Of a stretch of DNA of 64,000 nucleotides, positions 48,868 to 59,552 are shown one piece after another. The translations under genes and the position numbers were made by a program. The number at the start of each line of letters is the position of its first letter. The first letter of the stretch is position 1. The notes beneath the pieces were generated by a model that did no database searches, had not been told where the DNA came from, and saw nothing but the letters and a program-made list of their open reading frames with translations. This DNA is from Desulfotignum sp. (GTDB taxonomy: Bacteria > Desulfobacterota > Desulfobacteria > Desulfobacterales > Desulfobacteraceae): the NCBI GenBank assembly GCA_021737695.1, contig JAIPDL010000006.1, positions 1,126 to 65,125 of the forward strand. Direction: 5' to 3'.

Positions 48868-51800
48868 GTGTCACTCCTTTCTCTGCGGTCCCGGTATTCT
48901 GTCACGCTCATGTTGCGCAGCAGCGATTCTGTGCCGTCCGGGCAGTACACCAGTCCCACGGACGATACATAGGGCTCGATGATGTGAATTTTTTGCAGCG
49001 GTGTCACGATGAGCAGCTGGAGGTTGAGTTTTTTGAACAGTTCCAGGCTGTACCGGGTGGAGTCGTCGGATCCCCGGCCAAATGCCTCGTCAATGGCCAC
49101 AAACCGGAAAGTGCGGGATTTGATCGCCCCCCATTCCAGGCCGAACTGGTAGGCCAGACTGGCCGCCAGAACGGTGTAGGCCAGTTTTTCCTTCTGCCCG
49201 CCGGACTTGCCCCCGGAATCGGTGTAATGCTCATATTCCGTGTGATCCGATTTCCAGCGCTCCGAGGCGGCAAACACGAACCAGTTGCGCACATCCGTGA
49301 CTTTTTTGGTCCAGCGCCGGTCCAGGTCCATCATCCCCTCTCTGCCCCGGAACCGTTCGATCACGCGGCTTACCTGCAGGAATTTGGCTTCAGAATAATG
49401 ATCTGTTTCAGACCCGGTCAACGCCCCTTCGGTGCAGGCCCGCAGCTGCTGGCCAAAATCCCGGATCTCCATGTCCGGCGTGAGTTCCGCCTCCAGCACG
49501 ATGTACCGGCCCGGGTTGTACTCAATGTCGGATAACGACCGGTTGATGCGCTCGATCCGCTCTTTGATGGTCTCTTTTTCCCGCAGCAGCTGGGACTGGA
49601 AATTGGCCACCTCCCGGATGGTGTTTTCATTGAGCAGTTCCTTGAATCGTTTCTCAAATTCCGGCAGGTTGTCCGAGCGCAGCTGATCCAGCATGGCCCG
49701 GTATTCTTCACCCGATGCCACGGCATCATCCACCTCCCGGGTTTCCAGGGGAAAATCCCTGCGGTACCCGTGCATGGCCCTGATGATCCGGGCCGCCAGG
49801 GTGGCGATGCGTTTGTCCAGTTTGTTGATGCGGCTCTGGAGAAGCTCCCGCATCTCTCTTTCCTTGTTGCTGCAGGATTCAATGGTCAGGGTGTGGGCGG
49901 GCAGCTCGTTTATGCGCAGAGATTCCAGGTGCCGGTACAATGCAGTGGCCTGGTCAGGGGCCATGGCGGCCCAGCCGGCCAGATCCTGTTCACAGGTGTC
50001 TGCCATGCGCCGGGTCTGGTTTTGTTTTTCCCGGTTTCCGGCCAGGTTGTCCCGGGCCTGTTTCATGGCTTGTTCCGTGTCATTCATTTGTTTTTCCAGG
50101 GTCTCCAGCTGCTTGCCTAAGGTCTGGAGGATATCGGACCGGGTCTCCAGTTCCTGTTTTTCCGCTTCCAGGTGCAGGATCGCTTCGGCTGCCGTGTGCC
50201 AGTCCAGGTCGGAAAAGTCCTGGAATTCTCCCAGGCGGATCAGGTTGGACAGCTGTTCTTCGAAGGAGTTCTGACGGGATTCCAGCCGGGATATGTCATT
50301 GCCGGTGGTCTGCATCTGTTCTTCCAGGTGCCGGTGCTGTTGTTTCAATGTGCGGATTTTGGCCTCATTGGTCCACCCCAGCACATAATTGGACCGGTCT
50401 GTGAGATCTTTGCGGTCATCTTTTTCGTGGCGCTGTCCCCCGGACTTGATCTGGCCTTTTTCCGTCATGGCCCAGGGTTCCTGTTGGAACCGTTGCATAT
50501 CCGTGCAGCAGGCATAGTTGAACCGTGTGGCCAGTTCCTGTTCCAGCCAGTCGTAACATTTGTTGTCCGGCTTGATGGCCAGTTTTTTCACCAGGGAATC
50601 CGGATGAAGGTCAACGGATTTTTTTTGGGGGGTCGGTCTCACCAGGTAATACACGAGCCTTGCCTGCAGAAAGGTGTTATTCACCCAGGCGGCCACAGCT
50701 CGGTAATGGGATTCCGGCACCAGCAGGGACAGGGCAAAATTGTGCAGCAGCCGTTCAGCGGCCCCTTCCCAGGGAGCATCATCTTCTCTGACCTGGATCA
50801 GTTCACCGGCAAAGGGTAGGTTGGTTTCATCCATGTCAAGATAGCGGCACAATGTCTGCCGGATACTGATTTGCCGGGCGTGGATGTTGCTTTTGCGGGC
50901 GGACAGGGAGGCCAGTTCTTTTGTCAGCTCGTCATGGTCTGTTTTGAGATCCCGGAACGTCATGGAAAGCTCGGTGCGCCGGTTGAGAAGATCCGCTTGT
51001 TTTTTTCTCAAGGTCTGCTGCCGGTCCTGAATGGCGGCGGCGTTGTCATCAAAATCCGTCCGGGTGTGTATGGGTTTGAATGACAGATCCTGTGCCAGAT
51101 CTGCATACCGCTGGGCCTGGGCCTGGCGCTTGTGTTTCTGGTCGGTGAGCCGTTTGATATCGGCCCGGAGCCTTTCCAGGCGGTCGCCGCCATTTTCGGC
51201 AATGGCCTGCCGGATGTCATCCCGCCGGGCCATCTGTTCTTTGGTTTCGCTCTCCAGGGCCTGGGCTTCCCGTGTCAGGCGGGTCTGTTTGTCAGTTAAA
51301 TGGGCCATCCGTTTTTTGAGCAGTTTTTTCTTGTGCACGGCAAAAAACGGGGCCAATGCGTCCCGGCATTCCCGCAGCTGTTCCGCCTCGTTTCCCAGCT
51401 GGGTGTGGGTCTCACAGTCCGTCACCAGGGGGGTCAACCGCTCGATCTGCTGTTTGGCCTTGAGCACGGCGGCATGGGCACGGTTCAGGTCGTCAAAATG
51501 ATGCAGCAGGGCATTGATGCGCGGGGTGACATCAAAGGGTTCCAGCATGTGTTCCCTGACAAAGTCGGTGAGGTTGCCCACGGATTTCATGGACACGGTC
51601 TGGTGAAACAGGGCCAGAGCCTGTTCGTTGTCAATGCCGAACCGCCTGCGGAACGCGGCCCCGTATTTGGGAAAGGTGTCGAACACGGCCACATCTTTCA
51701 TTTTTTTCAGCCGTTTTTTCAGCTGTCCGATGTCCGTGCCGAACCCGCTGAAATGCCCGGTAATGGACAAAGCCTGGTCTGCCACGACATAGAACCGTTC

Positions 51801-52241
51801 CGGCGGGGCCTGGGCCTCTTTGATCCAGAACACCTGGGCCAGGGTGACTTCCTGGAGATATCCTTCGTTTTTGAACACCCCCAGGATCACGGAAAAACTG
51901 TTGTGATCCCGCAGGGATACCGATTTTGCCGCATGCCCCGTGGCACTGCGTTCTGATTTGTAATATCCCAGGACATAGGACCGCAGGCTGCGTTCTTTGG
52001 TGTCAGCCCCGGCCGCCTTGTTGTAAGCCACCCGGTGGGCCGGCACCACCAGGGTGGTCACCGCATCCACCAGGGTGGATTTGCCGGACCCGATATCCCC
52101 GGTGAGCAGGCTGTTGCGGCTGTCCAGATCCAGTCGCCATACCTGTTTGTGAAAGGTACCCCAGTTGAAGACTTCCAGGGTGTGAAGCCGGAACCCGGCC
52201 AGGGCGTCGTCCGATGCAAAGTCCAAAAGCTGCTGTTCCAT
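48864..52241 (-). CDS. jetC: Wadjet SMC-like ATPase JetC
   Basis: EVFNWGTF, GDIGSGKST, long coiled coils, HEKDDR, SGGQKEKL, IDEAF. Confidence 0.95.
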   Translation of the reverse strand: MEQQLLDFASDDALAGFRLHTLEVFNWGTFHKQVWRLDLDSRNSLLTGDIGSGKSTLVDAVTTLVVPAHRVAYNKAAGADTKERSLRSYVLGYYKSERSATGHAAKSVSLRDHNSFSVILGVFKNEGYLQEVTLAQVFWIKEAQAPPERFYVVADQALSITGHFSGFGTDIGQLKKRLKKMKDVAVFDTFPKYGAAFRRRFGIDNEQALALFHQTVSMKSVGNLTDFVREHMLEPFDVTPRINALLHHFDDLNRAHAAVLKAKQQIERLTPLVTDCETHTQLGNEAEQLRECRDALAPFFAVHKKKLLKKRMAHLTDKQTRLTREAQALESETKEQMARRDDIRQAIAENGGDRLERLRADIKRLTDQKHKRQAQAQRYADLAQDLSFKPIHTRTDFDDNAAAIQDRQQTLRKKQADLLNRRTELSMTFRDLKTDHDELTKELASLSARKSNIHARQISIRQTLCRYLDMDETNLPFAGELIQVREDDAPWEGAAERLLHNFALSLLVPESHYRAVAAWVNNTFLQARLVYYLVRPTPQKKSVDLHPDSLVKKLAIKPDNKCYDWLEQELATRFNYACCTDMQRFQQEPWAMTEKGQIKSGGQRHEKDDRKDLTDRSNYVLGWTNEAKIRTLKQQHRHLEEQMQTTGNDISRLESRQNSFEEQLSNLIRLGEFQDFSDLDWHTAAEAILHLEAEKQELETRSDILQTLGKQLETLEKQMNDTEQAMKQARDNLAGNREKQNQTRRMADTCEQDLAGWAAMAPDQATALYRHLESLRINELPAHTLTIESCSNKEREMRELLQSRINKLDKRIATLAARIIRAMHGYRRDFPLETREVDDAVASGEEYRAMLDQLRSDNLPEFEKRFKELLNENTIREVANFQSQLLREKETIKERIERINRSLSDIEYNPGRYIVLEAELTPDMEIRDFGQQLRACTEGALTGSETDHYSEAKFLQVSRVIERFRGREGMMDLDRRWTKKVTDVRNWFVFAASERWKSDHTEYEHYTDSGGKSGGQKEKLAYTVLAASLAYQFGLEWGAIKSRTFRFVAIDEAFGRGSDDSTRYSLELFKKLNLQLLIVTPLQKIHIIEPYVSSVGLVYCPDGTESLLRNMSVTEYRDRRERSDT

Positions 52242-52954
52242 CAGTCACCGCCCCGGTCCCCGGTGGGGTTTGAATCAATGTCTGCGTCGATGTCACGGTC
52301 GCCCGCCGGACCTGGGTCACTGCCGACTGCCGAACCAGTATCGCCGCTGTCTGAGGAATCTGAATCACTGCCGTCCGTCAGATGGTCCTGGTATTGTTTG
52401 AGCCGGTCATCCAGTTCACTGAGCCACTGGGCATCCACAAACGCCTTGAGAATGCGGATCACCTCGATTTTGTCTTTTTCGCCCTTCAGCCGCCGGATAA
52501 ACCCCAAATCCGCAATTTTGTTCAGATGGGTGTTGATCCGGTCCATCATTTTTGCCTCGTTGCCTGATGCCGGCAGAAACACCCGGACCATGTCCGTGAT
52601 CTCTTCCACGGACAGAATCAAACGGGGATCTTCGCCTGCCGCATCCTGTTCCGCCATTTTTTTGCGCAGAAGCGCAATGATCAGGCTCACCGGATAGGAC
52701 AGCTGCCGCCTTCCCTTCAGCCGGGGCAGGGGAGCTTCGCCTTCTTCCGGTTCCCGGGTGGCCAGCCAGGCATACCCTTCGGCCGTGTCCAGCATCAAAT
52801 CCAGGCCCATGACCCGGACATAGTCCCGGACGGCGATCTGGCCCTCTTCCAGAAGGTGCCACAGGGCTGGATCATTATCCTTGAACACCACGCCCTTCAT
52901 CAATGCCACCAGGGGGCGGGAGATATCAGATGGATAAGGTTGTGTTGCATCCAT
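52241..52954 (-). CDS. jetB: Wadjet JetB (DUF4194)
   Basis: VRDYVRVMGLDLMLDxAEGYAWL, RRQLSYPVSL..LLR, ILKAFVDAQWL; acidic S/D/G tail. Confidence 0.9.
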   Translation of the reverse strand: MDATQPYPSDISRPLVALMKGVVFKDNDPALWHLLEEGQIAVRDYVRVMGLDLMLDTAEGYAWLATREPEEGEAPLPRLKGRRQLSYPVSLIIALLRKKMAEQDAAGEDPRLILSVEEITDMVRVFLPASGNEAKMMDRINTHLNKIADLGFIRRLKGEKDKIEVIRILKAFVDAQWLSELDDRLKQYQDHLTDGSDSDSSDSGDTGSAVGSDPGPAGDRDIDADIDSNPTGDRGGD

Positions 52955-52959
52955 GGGTG

Positions 52960-54402
52960 TCACCTGCTGAATATGACGGCGGGGAATGTGGCCTGTCGGG
53001 CGGTGCCTGCGGCATCGGTCCATATGGCCTGGTGGGTCAACGCATCGTCAAACCAGGCGTTGTCATCCTCGGCCGCCAGGGTCAGGTAGGTGACCAGCTC
53101 GGCCAGGCCCTTTTCCAGGGGATGGTCAAAAAGGATCTGTGCCAGGGTGACCTGGTCTCGGGCCTGCAGGGCGGTGCGGATGCGTTGTTTGAGCGTCAGC
53201 CGGTCCACAAACACAATGTCATGCAGCATGTCTGCAGGGATGTCAGACCCGTCCCCCAGCGTGACCGTGTCCGTGATTTTGGGTTTGACCGGGATTTTGA
53301 ACAGGGGCCGCTCCACGGGCAGGTGAATATCCGGAGATGCCGCATCCATATCCATGATACTTCCCTGGGGCATCTGGCCCCTGAGCTTGACCGCCCGGGC
53401 CTCGATCTGCTGGATCACCTGCATGATGCGTTTGTTTTCCAGGAATGCCTGGTCATCCAGGTACCGCCGCAATTGCCCGGACAGCTTGGCCACGGTGCGC
53501 TGGGTATGTTCGCCGGCGGACAGCCAGTCATAATGCACCCGCTTGAGGCGCCGGTCCGGAGACAGTGCCTTGACTGCTGCCAGGTCAAACACCTTTTCCA
53601 GCATCCCGGTGAGCTCCTCCTGCCGGACCGGGGACATGAGCAGGTCCCAGAACGCGGTAAAGCTTTTGCCCTGGTCAGATTCGGCGATCATGTCCCTTTC
53701 TCCGAAAAAATCTGCCAGCAGTTGCGCTTTGCTGCCCTCCCACAGGGTGATCTGTTCCCGGATTTTTCTGTCCAGGCGCCTGAAATTGTACTCCACCTCC
53801 CGGAAATCCCCCAGCAGTTCCCGGGCGGTCTGGCTCACCTGGAGGAACCGGTCCCTTACAGCCGTGTCATCCAGCATGTTCATGCGGCCCGAGCGCACCT
53901 GGGCCAGCTCGTTTTCAACGGCAGCCTTTCTTTTTTCCAGCTCTTGGATCCGCACCTGCACATCTTTTTCCGTGCCCTCCACCATCTGGCGCAGCAGGTC
54001 AAAAATAGTCATCAGGCGCGATTCCGTGCCCACAAAGGGCCGCTGGATCAGGCTTTCCAGCCAGGACAGGGCTTTTTCCGCCGCCGGCATCAGATCATAA
54101 TGCACCTCATCGGATCCCCGGGGATAGAATTTTCTCAGCCACCCTTTATCCTCGCCGGCCCAGTCATCCAGATAGGCCTGAGCCGACCGGGTAAACGCAT
54201 CTTCGCCCTGGGTTTCCCTCAGGGTGAACAGCAGGTCTTCCAGGGCGGAAGACAGATCTGCCCGGCTGAGCCGCCGCTGGTTGGGCACAATAAAGGTGTT
54301 GTGTAAAAATGCGGCAATGAGCGGGCTGTGATCCGCCATCAGCAGCTTCCAGGCTGGATGGGACTTTTTTAAGGCCAGCAGTGTGTCATAGTCAACATTC
54401 AT
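52960..54402 (-). CDS. jetA: Wadjet JetA (DUF3375)
   Basis: HPAWKLLxADHSPL, YLDDW..GWLRKFY, FVGTESRL, ESDQGKSFxAFWD, GLAELVTYL. Start taken at MNVDYD (54402). Confidence 0.92.
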   Translation of the reverse strand: MNVDYDTLLALKKSHPAWKLLMADHSPLIAAFLHNTFIVPNQRRLSRADLSSALEDLLFTLRETQGEDAFTRSAQAYLDDWAGEDKGWLRKFYPRGSDEVHYDLMPAAEKALSWLESLIQRPFVGTESRLMTIFDLLRQMVEGTEKDVQVRIQELEKRKAAVENELAQVRSGRMNMLDDTAVRDRFLQVSQTARELLGDFREVEYNFRRLDRKIREQITLWEGSKAQLLADFFGERDMIAESDQGKSFTAFWDLLMSPVRQEELTGMLEKVFDLAAVKALSPDRRLKRVHYDWLSAGEHTQRTVAKLSGQLRRYLDDQAFLENKRIMQVIQQIEARAVKLRGQMPQGSIMDMDAASPDIHLPVERPLFKIPVKPKITDTVTLGDGSDIPADMLHDIVFVDRLTLKQRIRTALQARDQVTLAQILFDHPLEKGLAELVTYLTLAAEDDNAWFDDALTHQAIWTDAAGTARQATFPAVIFSR

Positions 54403-54754
54403 GGGATCAGGTGACCCGTTCGATGATTTTTTTCCAGGTTGTTTTTCCTTATTGACGTTTTGGTGATCCGCTTTTATTTTAAGGTTATAGAAATTTTTCA
54501 GTTCAAATTCAATGGGTATGATCAAAGAATCTGGTAAGTTCCGGATTTGATACGTCACGTCAGAAAATTTGAAAAAAGTTATTCATAGCTTACAAAATGA
54601 GTTGTTTACAAATCCATATTTCATGATTACCCGCCTTATGAGTGCTTGATTGTTGTGTTGTAACTTTTCTGTAACCGGCTGGTGATATGGAGTCTATCCA
54701 GGATAAAGACAGGAAGAATAGTTAAAATCTTAATCGCCAGGGAGGTAAATTTTT

Positions 54755-57700
54755 ATGAAACTCAACCGAAGAGACTTTATGAAAATTTCCGGGGTCACCG
54801 CAGCCGGTATTGCTGTCAGCGGTCTGGGCTTTGACCTGAAACCGGTCAAAGCCCACGCCGGCCTTTTGAAGACCCAGTATGCCAAAGAAACCACCACCAT
54901 CTGCTGCTATTGTGCGGTGGGATGCGGTGCCATCGTTCACACCAGCCGGCGCGGGGACGGCCGGGTCATCAACATCGAAGGGGATCCGGATCATGTGATC
55001 AACCGGGGATCCCTATGTTCCAAAGGATCATCCCTCAAGCAGCTGGTGGAAAATGACCGGCGCCTGACCGAGCCCATGTACCGGGCCCCTTTTTCAGATA
55101 AATGGGAAAAAGTCTCCTGGGAATGGGCATTGTCCACCATTGCCCAGCGGGTGAAAAAAACCCGGGACAACAGTTTTGAAAAAATCAATGCCGCCAGACA
55201 GGTGGTCAACCGCACCACCCGGATCGCTTCCATCGGGTCTGCGGCCATGGATAATGAAGAATGCTGGATCTATCAGGCCCTGATGCGGTCTTTGGGGCTG
55301 GTTTACATCGAACATCAGGCCAGGATCTGACACAGCGCAACTGTAGCGGCTCTGGCAGAGTCGTTTGGACGTGGCGCCATGACCAATCACTGGATCGATC
55401 TGAAAAATTCAGACTGTATTCTCATCATGGGAAGCAATGCAGCGGAAAACCATCCCATTTCCTTTAAATATGTCACCCAGGCCATGGAAAACGGGGCCAC
55501 GTTGATTAATGTGGATCCCCGGTTTACCCGCACTTCCGCCAGGGCGGACATCTACACCGCCTTGAGATCCGGAACCGATATCGCGTTTTTAGGCGGCATG
55601 ATCAAGTATATTCTGGACAACCATCTGTACAATCACGAATATACAGCTGAATACACCAATGCCGGCTTTATTGTGGGAAAAGCCTTCGGGTTCAATGACG
55701 GTCTTTTTTCCGGGTACAGGAAAAATGACGACGAGGGGCCGTCCACGGGCAGCTATGACAAGTCCACCTGGGCCTTTGAAATGGATGCAAATGGGGTGCC
55801 GAAAATCGATCGGGCATTGAAACACGACCGATGTGTGTTTCAGCTGATGAAAAAACATTATGAGCGGTATGACCTGGAGACGGTGTCCAGGATCACCGGG
55901 ACTTCAAAACAGGATCTGCTCACGGTTTATAAAACCTACAGTGCCACCGGAAAAAAAGGCCAGGCCGGTACCATCATGTATGCCATGGGCTGGACCCAGC
56001 ATACCGTGGGCACCCAGATGATCCGCACCATGGCCATGATCCAGCTGATGCTCGGAAACATGGGCATTGCCGGAGGCGGTGTGAACGCGCTCCGCGGAGA
56101 ATCCAATGTCCAGGGATCCACGGACCACTGCCTGCTGTGGCATATCTGGCCCGGGTATCTGAAAACTCCCAGATCGTCCAATGACAGCCTGGATGCTTAC
56201 AACCAGGCATATACGCCCGTGAGCAATGATCCTTTAAGCGCCAACTGGTGGCAGAACTATCCCAAGTATTCGGTGAGCCTGCTCAAGGCGTTTTTTGGCG
56301 ATGCCGCCACCAAAAACAATCGGTTCGGGTACAACTGGCTGCCCAAAGTGGATGATGGGGAAGTCTATTCCTGGTTTGACCTGTTTGATGCCATGTACAA
56401 GGACAATATCAAAGGATTTTTTGCCTGGGGTCAGAACCCGGCCTGTTCCGGATCCAATGCGTCCAAAATCAGGGAGGCCTTGGGCAAACTGGACTGGATG
56501 GTCAATACCAATATCTTTGACAATGAAACCGGTTCCTTCTGGAAAGGACCGGGCATGGACCCCTCCAAGATCGGCACGGAAGTGTTCCTGCTGCCGGCAG
56601 CGGTTTCCGTGGAAAAAGAAGGGAGTATCACCAATTCCGGCCGGTGGATGCAATGGCGGTATCAGGGTCCCAAGCCCCTTGGCAATTCAATGCCGGACGG
56701 TGATATCATCATGCGACTGGGCCATAAAATAAAGGATCTGTACCAATCTTCCGGTGTGTTTGCCGATCCCATCATCAACCTGAAGTGGGATTATGAGACC
56801 CATGGGGATTTTGATGCCCACAAAGCAGCCAAAGCCATCAACGGGACCTTTACTCAAGATACCACCATCAAGGACAAGGTCTACAAAAAAGGGACTCTGG
56901 TGCCCAGTTTCGCCTTTTTGCAGGCAGACGGGTCCACGGCTTCCGGCAACTGGCTCTACTGCAACTCCTATACGGAAAAAGGCAACATGGCAGCCCGCCG
57001 AAGCGACAAGGACGCGCCCAACAATATCGGGCTGTATCCCGAATTCGCATGGTGCTGGCCCGTGAACCGGCGGATCATCTATAACCGGGCTTCCGTTGAT
57101 CTCAAGGGACAGCCCTGGGATGAAAAAGACTGGGTGATCCGGTACGAAGGAGAAGTGGACGACGGTAAATATGTGTCCGGCAAATGGGTGGGCGATGTGC
57201 CCGACGGCGGGTGGTTTCCCATGCAGAATCCGGACGGCACCCGGCGGACGGATTCCCGACATCCGTTTATCATGCGCAAACACGGTCATGGGCAGATCTT
57301 CGGCCCGGGCCGGGCTGACGGGCCGTTTCCTGAGCATTATGAACCCCTGGAATGTCCCGTGGAAAAAAATTATCTGTCTTCGGTCATGGTCAACCCTACG
57401 GCCGTGGTATACAATACCAAAGCCGATGGCCATGCCACCTGCGATCCCCGGTTTCCGTTCGTGGGTACCACCTACCGGGTGAGCGAACACTGGCAGACCG
57501 GGTTGATGACCCGTCCCCAGGAATGGCTGATGGAACTGCAACCCAACATGTTTGTTGAGATGTCCGAAGAACTGGCCAAGCTCAGGGGAATCCAGAATGG
57601 CGAGCGGGTCAAGGTGGCCAGCATGCGCGGTGCACTGGAAGCCACGGCCATCGTCACCAAACGGTTCAAACCGTTTCAGATCGGTCCCGCCACGGTTCAT

Positions 57701-57847
57701 CAGGTGGGCATTCCCTGGCATTTTGGCTGGCGCTGGCCGGAAACCGGCACAGAGGAAACCGCCAATCTTCTGACACCTCCGGCCGGGGACCCCAATACCC
57801 GGATTCCTGAAACCAAGGCCTTTATGGTCAATGTAACAAAGCTTTAA
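54755..57847 (+). CDS. fdnG: Selenocysteine-containing formate dehydrogenase alpha subunit (FdnG/FdhA), Tat-exported
   Basis: Tat motif NRRDFMK, CCYCAVGC..C; in-frame TGA at 55328-55330 in EHQARI-U-HSATV..GRGAMTNHW joins ORFs 54755-55330 and 55379-57847. Confidence 0.96.
55345..55365 (+). promoter_or_regulatory. Bacterial SECIS element
   Basis: Hairpin agcggctct-ggc-agagtcgtt starting 15 nt after the Sec UGA. Confidence 0.75.
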
Positions 57848-57862
57848 GGAGGTGATCTCATC

Positions 57863-58585
57863 ATGACGAAAGCAATACTTATCGATACCACTTTGTGTAC
57901 AGCCTGCCGGGCCTGCCAGGTTGCCTGTAAACAATGGCACGACCTGCCTGCTGAAAAAACGACCAATCTGGGCAGTTTCCAGAATCCTCAGGATTTGAGC
58001 GACCGCACATACAAGCTGGTCCGCATGACGGAAACCGTCATTGACAACCGGCTGCAGTGGCTGTTTTTTCCGGATCAGTGCCGCCATTGCCTGGATGCGC
58101 CCTGTTTGAGTATGGCGGTGGATAAAAGCGCCATTTACCGGGATGACATGACAGGTGCCATCCTGTATACCCAAAACACCCGGCATCTGGATCCGGAAGA
58201 AATTAATGTCTCCTGCCCCTATGATATTCCCCGGGCCGGCAGTGACGGCACTATTGCCAAGTGCGATTTTTGCAATGACCGGATTCATAACGGATTGAAG
58301 CCGGCCTGTGTGACGGCCTGTCCCACCGGCGCCATGCAGTTCGGCGATCGGGAGGATATTCTGTCCATGGCGGATGACCGCCTGAAACGGGTCAGAAAAA
58401 AATTTCCAGGTGCCCGTCTGCTGAATCCGGATGAAGTCAGTGTGATATATCTGGTGGCATTTGATCCGTCATTATATTCAGATTATGCTGTGGCACAGGC
58501 ACATCAGGGCCGGGGTGGTATCAGCCGTTCGGTGGCCGTGCGTAAGATGATGGGACCCATCGCACGGATGATGCACATCGGATGA
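57863..58585 (+). CDS. Formate dehydrogenase beta (4Fe-4S) subunit
   Basis: CTACRACQVACK, CRHCLDAPC, CPY, KCDFC..PACVTACP; directly after fdnG. Confidence 0.92.
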   Translation: MTKAILIDTTLCTACRACQVACKQWHDLPAEKTTNLGSFQNPQDLSDRTYKLVRMTETVIDNRLQWLFFPDQCRHCLDAPCLSMAVDKSAIYRDDMTGAILYTQNTRHLDPEEINVSCPYDIPRAGSDGTIAKCDFCNDRIHNGLKPACVTACPTGAMQFGDREDILSMADDRLKRVRKKFPGARLLNPDEVSVIYLVAFDPSLYSDYAVAQAHQGRGGISRSVAVRKMMGPIARMMHIG

Positions 58586-58620
58586 TTTTACCCGCACATA
58601 TATGATCATCAAACTGATCG

Positions 58621-58649
58621 GCTGCCCGGAATTCATATTTCCGGGCAGC
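58621..58649. other. Intercistronic perfect inverted repeat
   Basis: gctgcccggaa-ttcatat-ttccgggcagc, 11 bp stem. Confidence 0.6.
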
Positions 58650-58670
58650 GGTATCAGTAAAGGAAAAAAA

Positions 58671-59552
58671 ATGGCACCCGATACCCCTATGGAAAACAGC
58701 AGAGATCAAATACTGAAAAAACGGCCGGCGTATACGGACATTTTGAATTTTTATGTCCAGGTCTTTCAGGCCCAGGAAGAAAACCGACAACAGATTCTCA
58801 TGGCCCCCATATCCATTGATCCGTCCCTGGTGGAAAAAAAACTGCGTCATGACATGCCTTTAATCGATTCCAAAGAATTTAAGATGGATCAAAACGCGGC
58901 CGTTCAATTGATGACCACCCTGTGTGACATCACTCAAGATCAGCACAATGCATTGTCCCGGGCAGCGGTTTCTTTGAAGACGGCCATCACGGATTCACGG
59001 ATCGATCCCGGGCAGATTTTTGATGCATTGCTCAACAGTGATGGTGAAATGCTTTCCTCTTTTTCAGAAACCATCGGCATCCGTTCAGAGCATTTGATCA
59101 TGTTCACGTATCTGAGTATGGCGCCTTGTGTTGAAACCTGTGCAGAACAGCTGAGCCGTTATCTGGAAAACCGGTCTCATGGAAAGGAGTATTGTCCCAT
59201 ATGCGGCAATCTCCCGGACCTGTTTTTTCTGGATGACAATGGGAAACGGCATCTGAAATGCAGTTTTTGCAGTCACAGCTGGGAAGTGGACCGGATGGGA
59301 TGCCTGTTTTGTGACAGTAAAGATCCGGAGCTGCACCCGTATTTTTTCAGTCCCGAAGAAAAGGAATACCGGGTGGATGTATGTGACGCGTGCCGGAAAT
59401 ATATCAAGGGGGTGGATACCCGTCATCTGGACCGCCCGTTTGTTCCAAAAATAGAACTGGTTGCCACCCTGCACCTGGATATCAAAGCAAAGGAAGCCGG
59501 GTACACCGGTCTGTCAGACGGCATTCCGATCAAGGAGGCGCACGTGTCATGA
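58671..59552 (+). CDS. fdhE: Formate dehydrogenase accessory protein FdhE
   Basis: CPICG, CSFC..W..RMGCLFC, RVDVCDACRKYIK, TLHLD. Start at 58671 after AAGGA. Confidence 0.92.
   Translation: MAPDTPMENSRDQILKKRPAYTDILNFYVQVFQAQEENRQQILMAPISIDPSLVEKKLRHDMPLIDSKEFKMDQNAAVQLMTTLCDITQDQHNALSRAAVSLKTAITDSRIDPGQIFDALLNSDGEMLSSFSETIGIRSEHLIMFTYLSMAPCVETCAEQLSRYLENRSHGKEYCPICGNLPDLFFLDDNGKRHLKCSFCSHSWEVDRMGCLFCDSKDPELHPYFFSPEEKEYRVDVCDACRKYIKGVDTRHLDRPFVPKIELVATLHLDIKAKEAGYTGLSDGIPIKEAHVS

Noticed and set aside
52241-52380. Ser/Asp/Gly-rich low-complexity tail of JetB
   Set aside because: Variable acidic tails are common in this family; no exact tandem repeat
54403-54558. 52 aa N-terminal extension of JetA in the ORF track
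   Set aside because: AT-rich promoter-like DNA; the family-like sequence begins at MNVDYD (54402)
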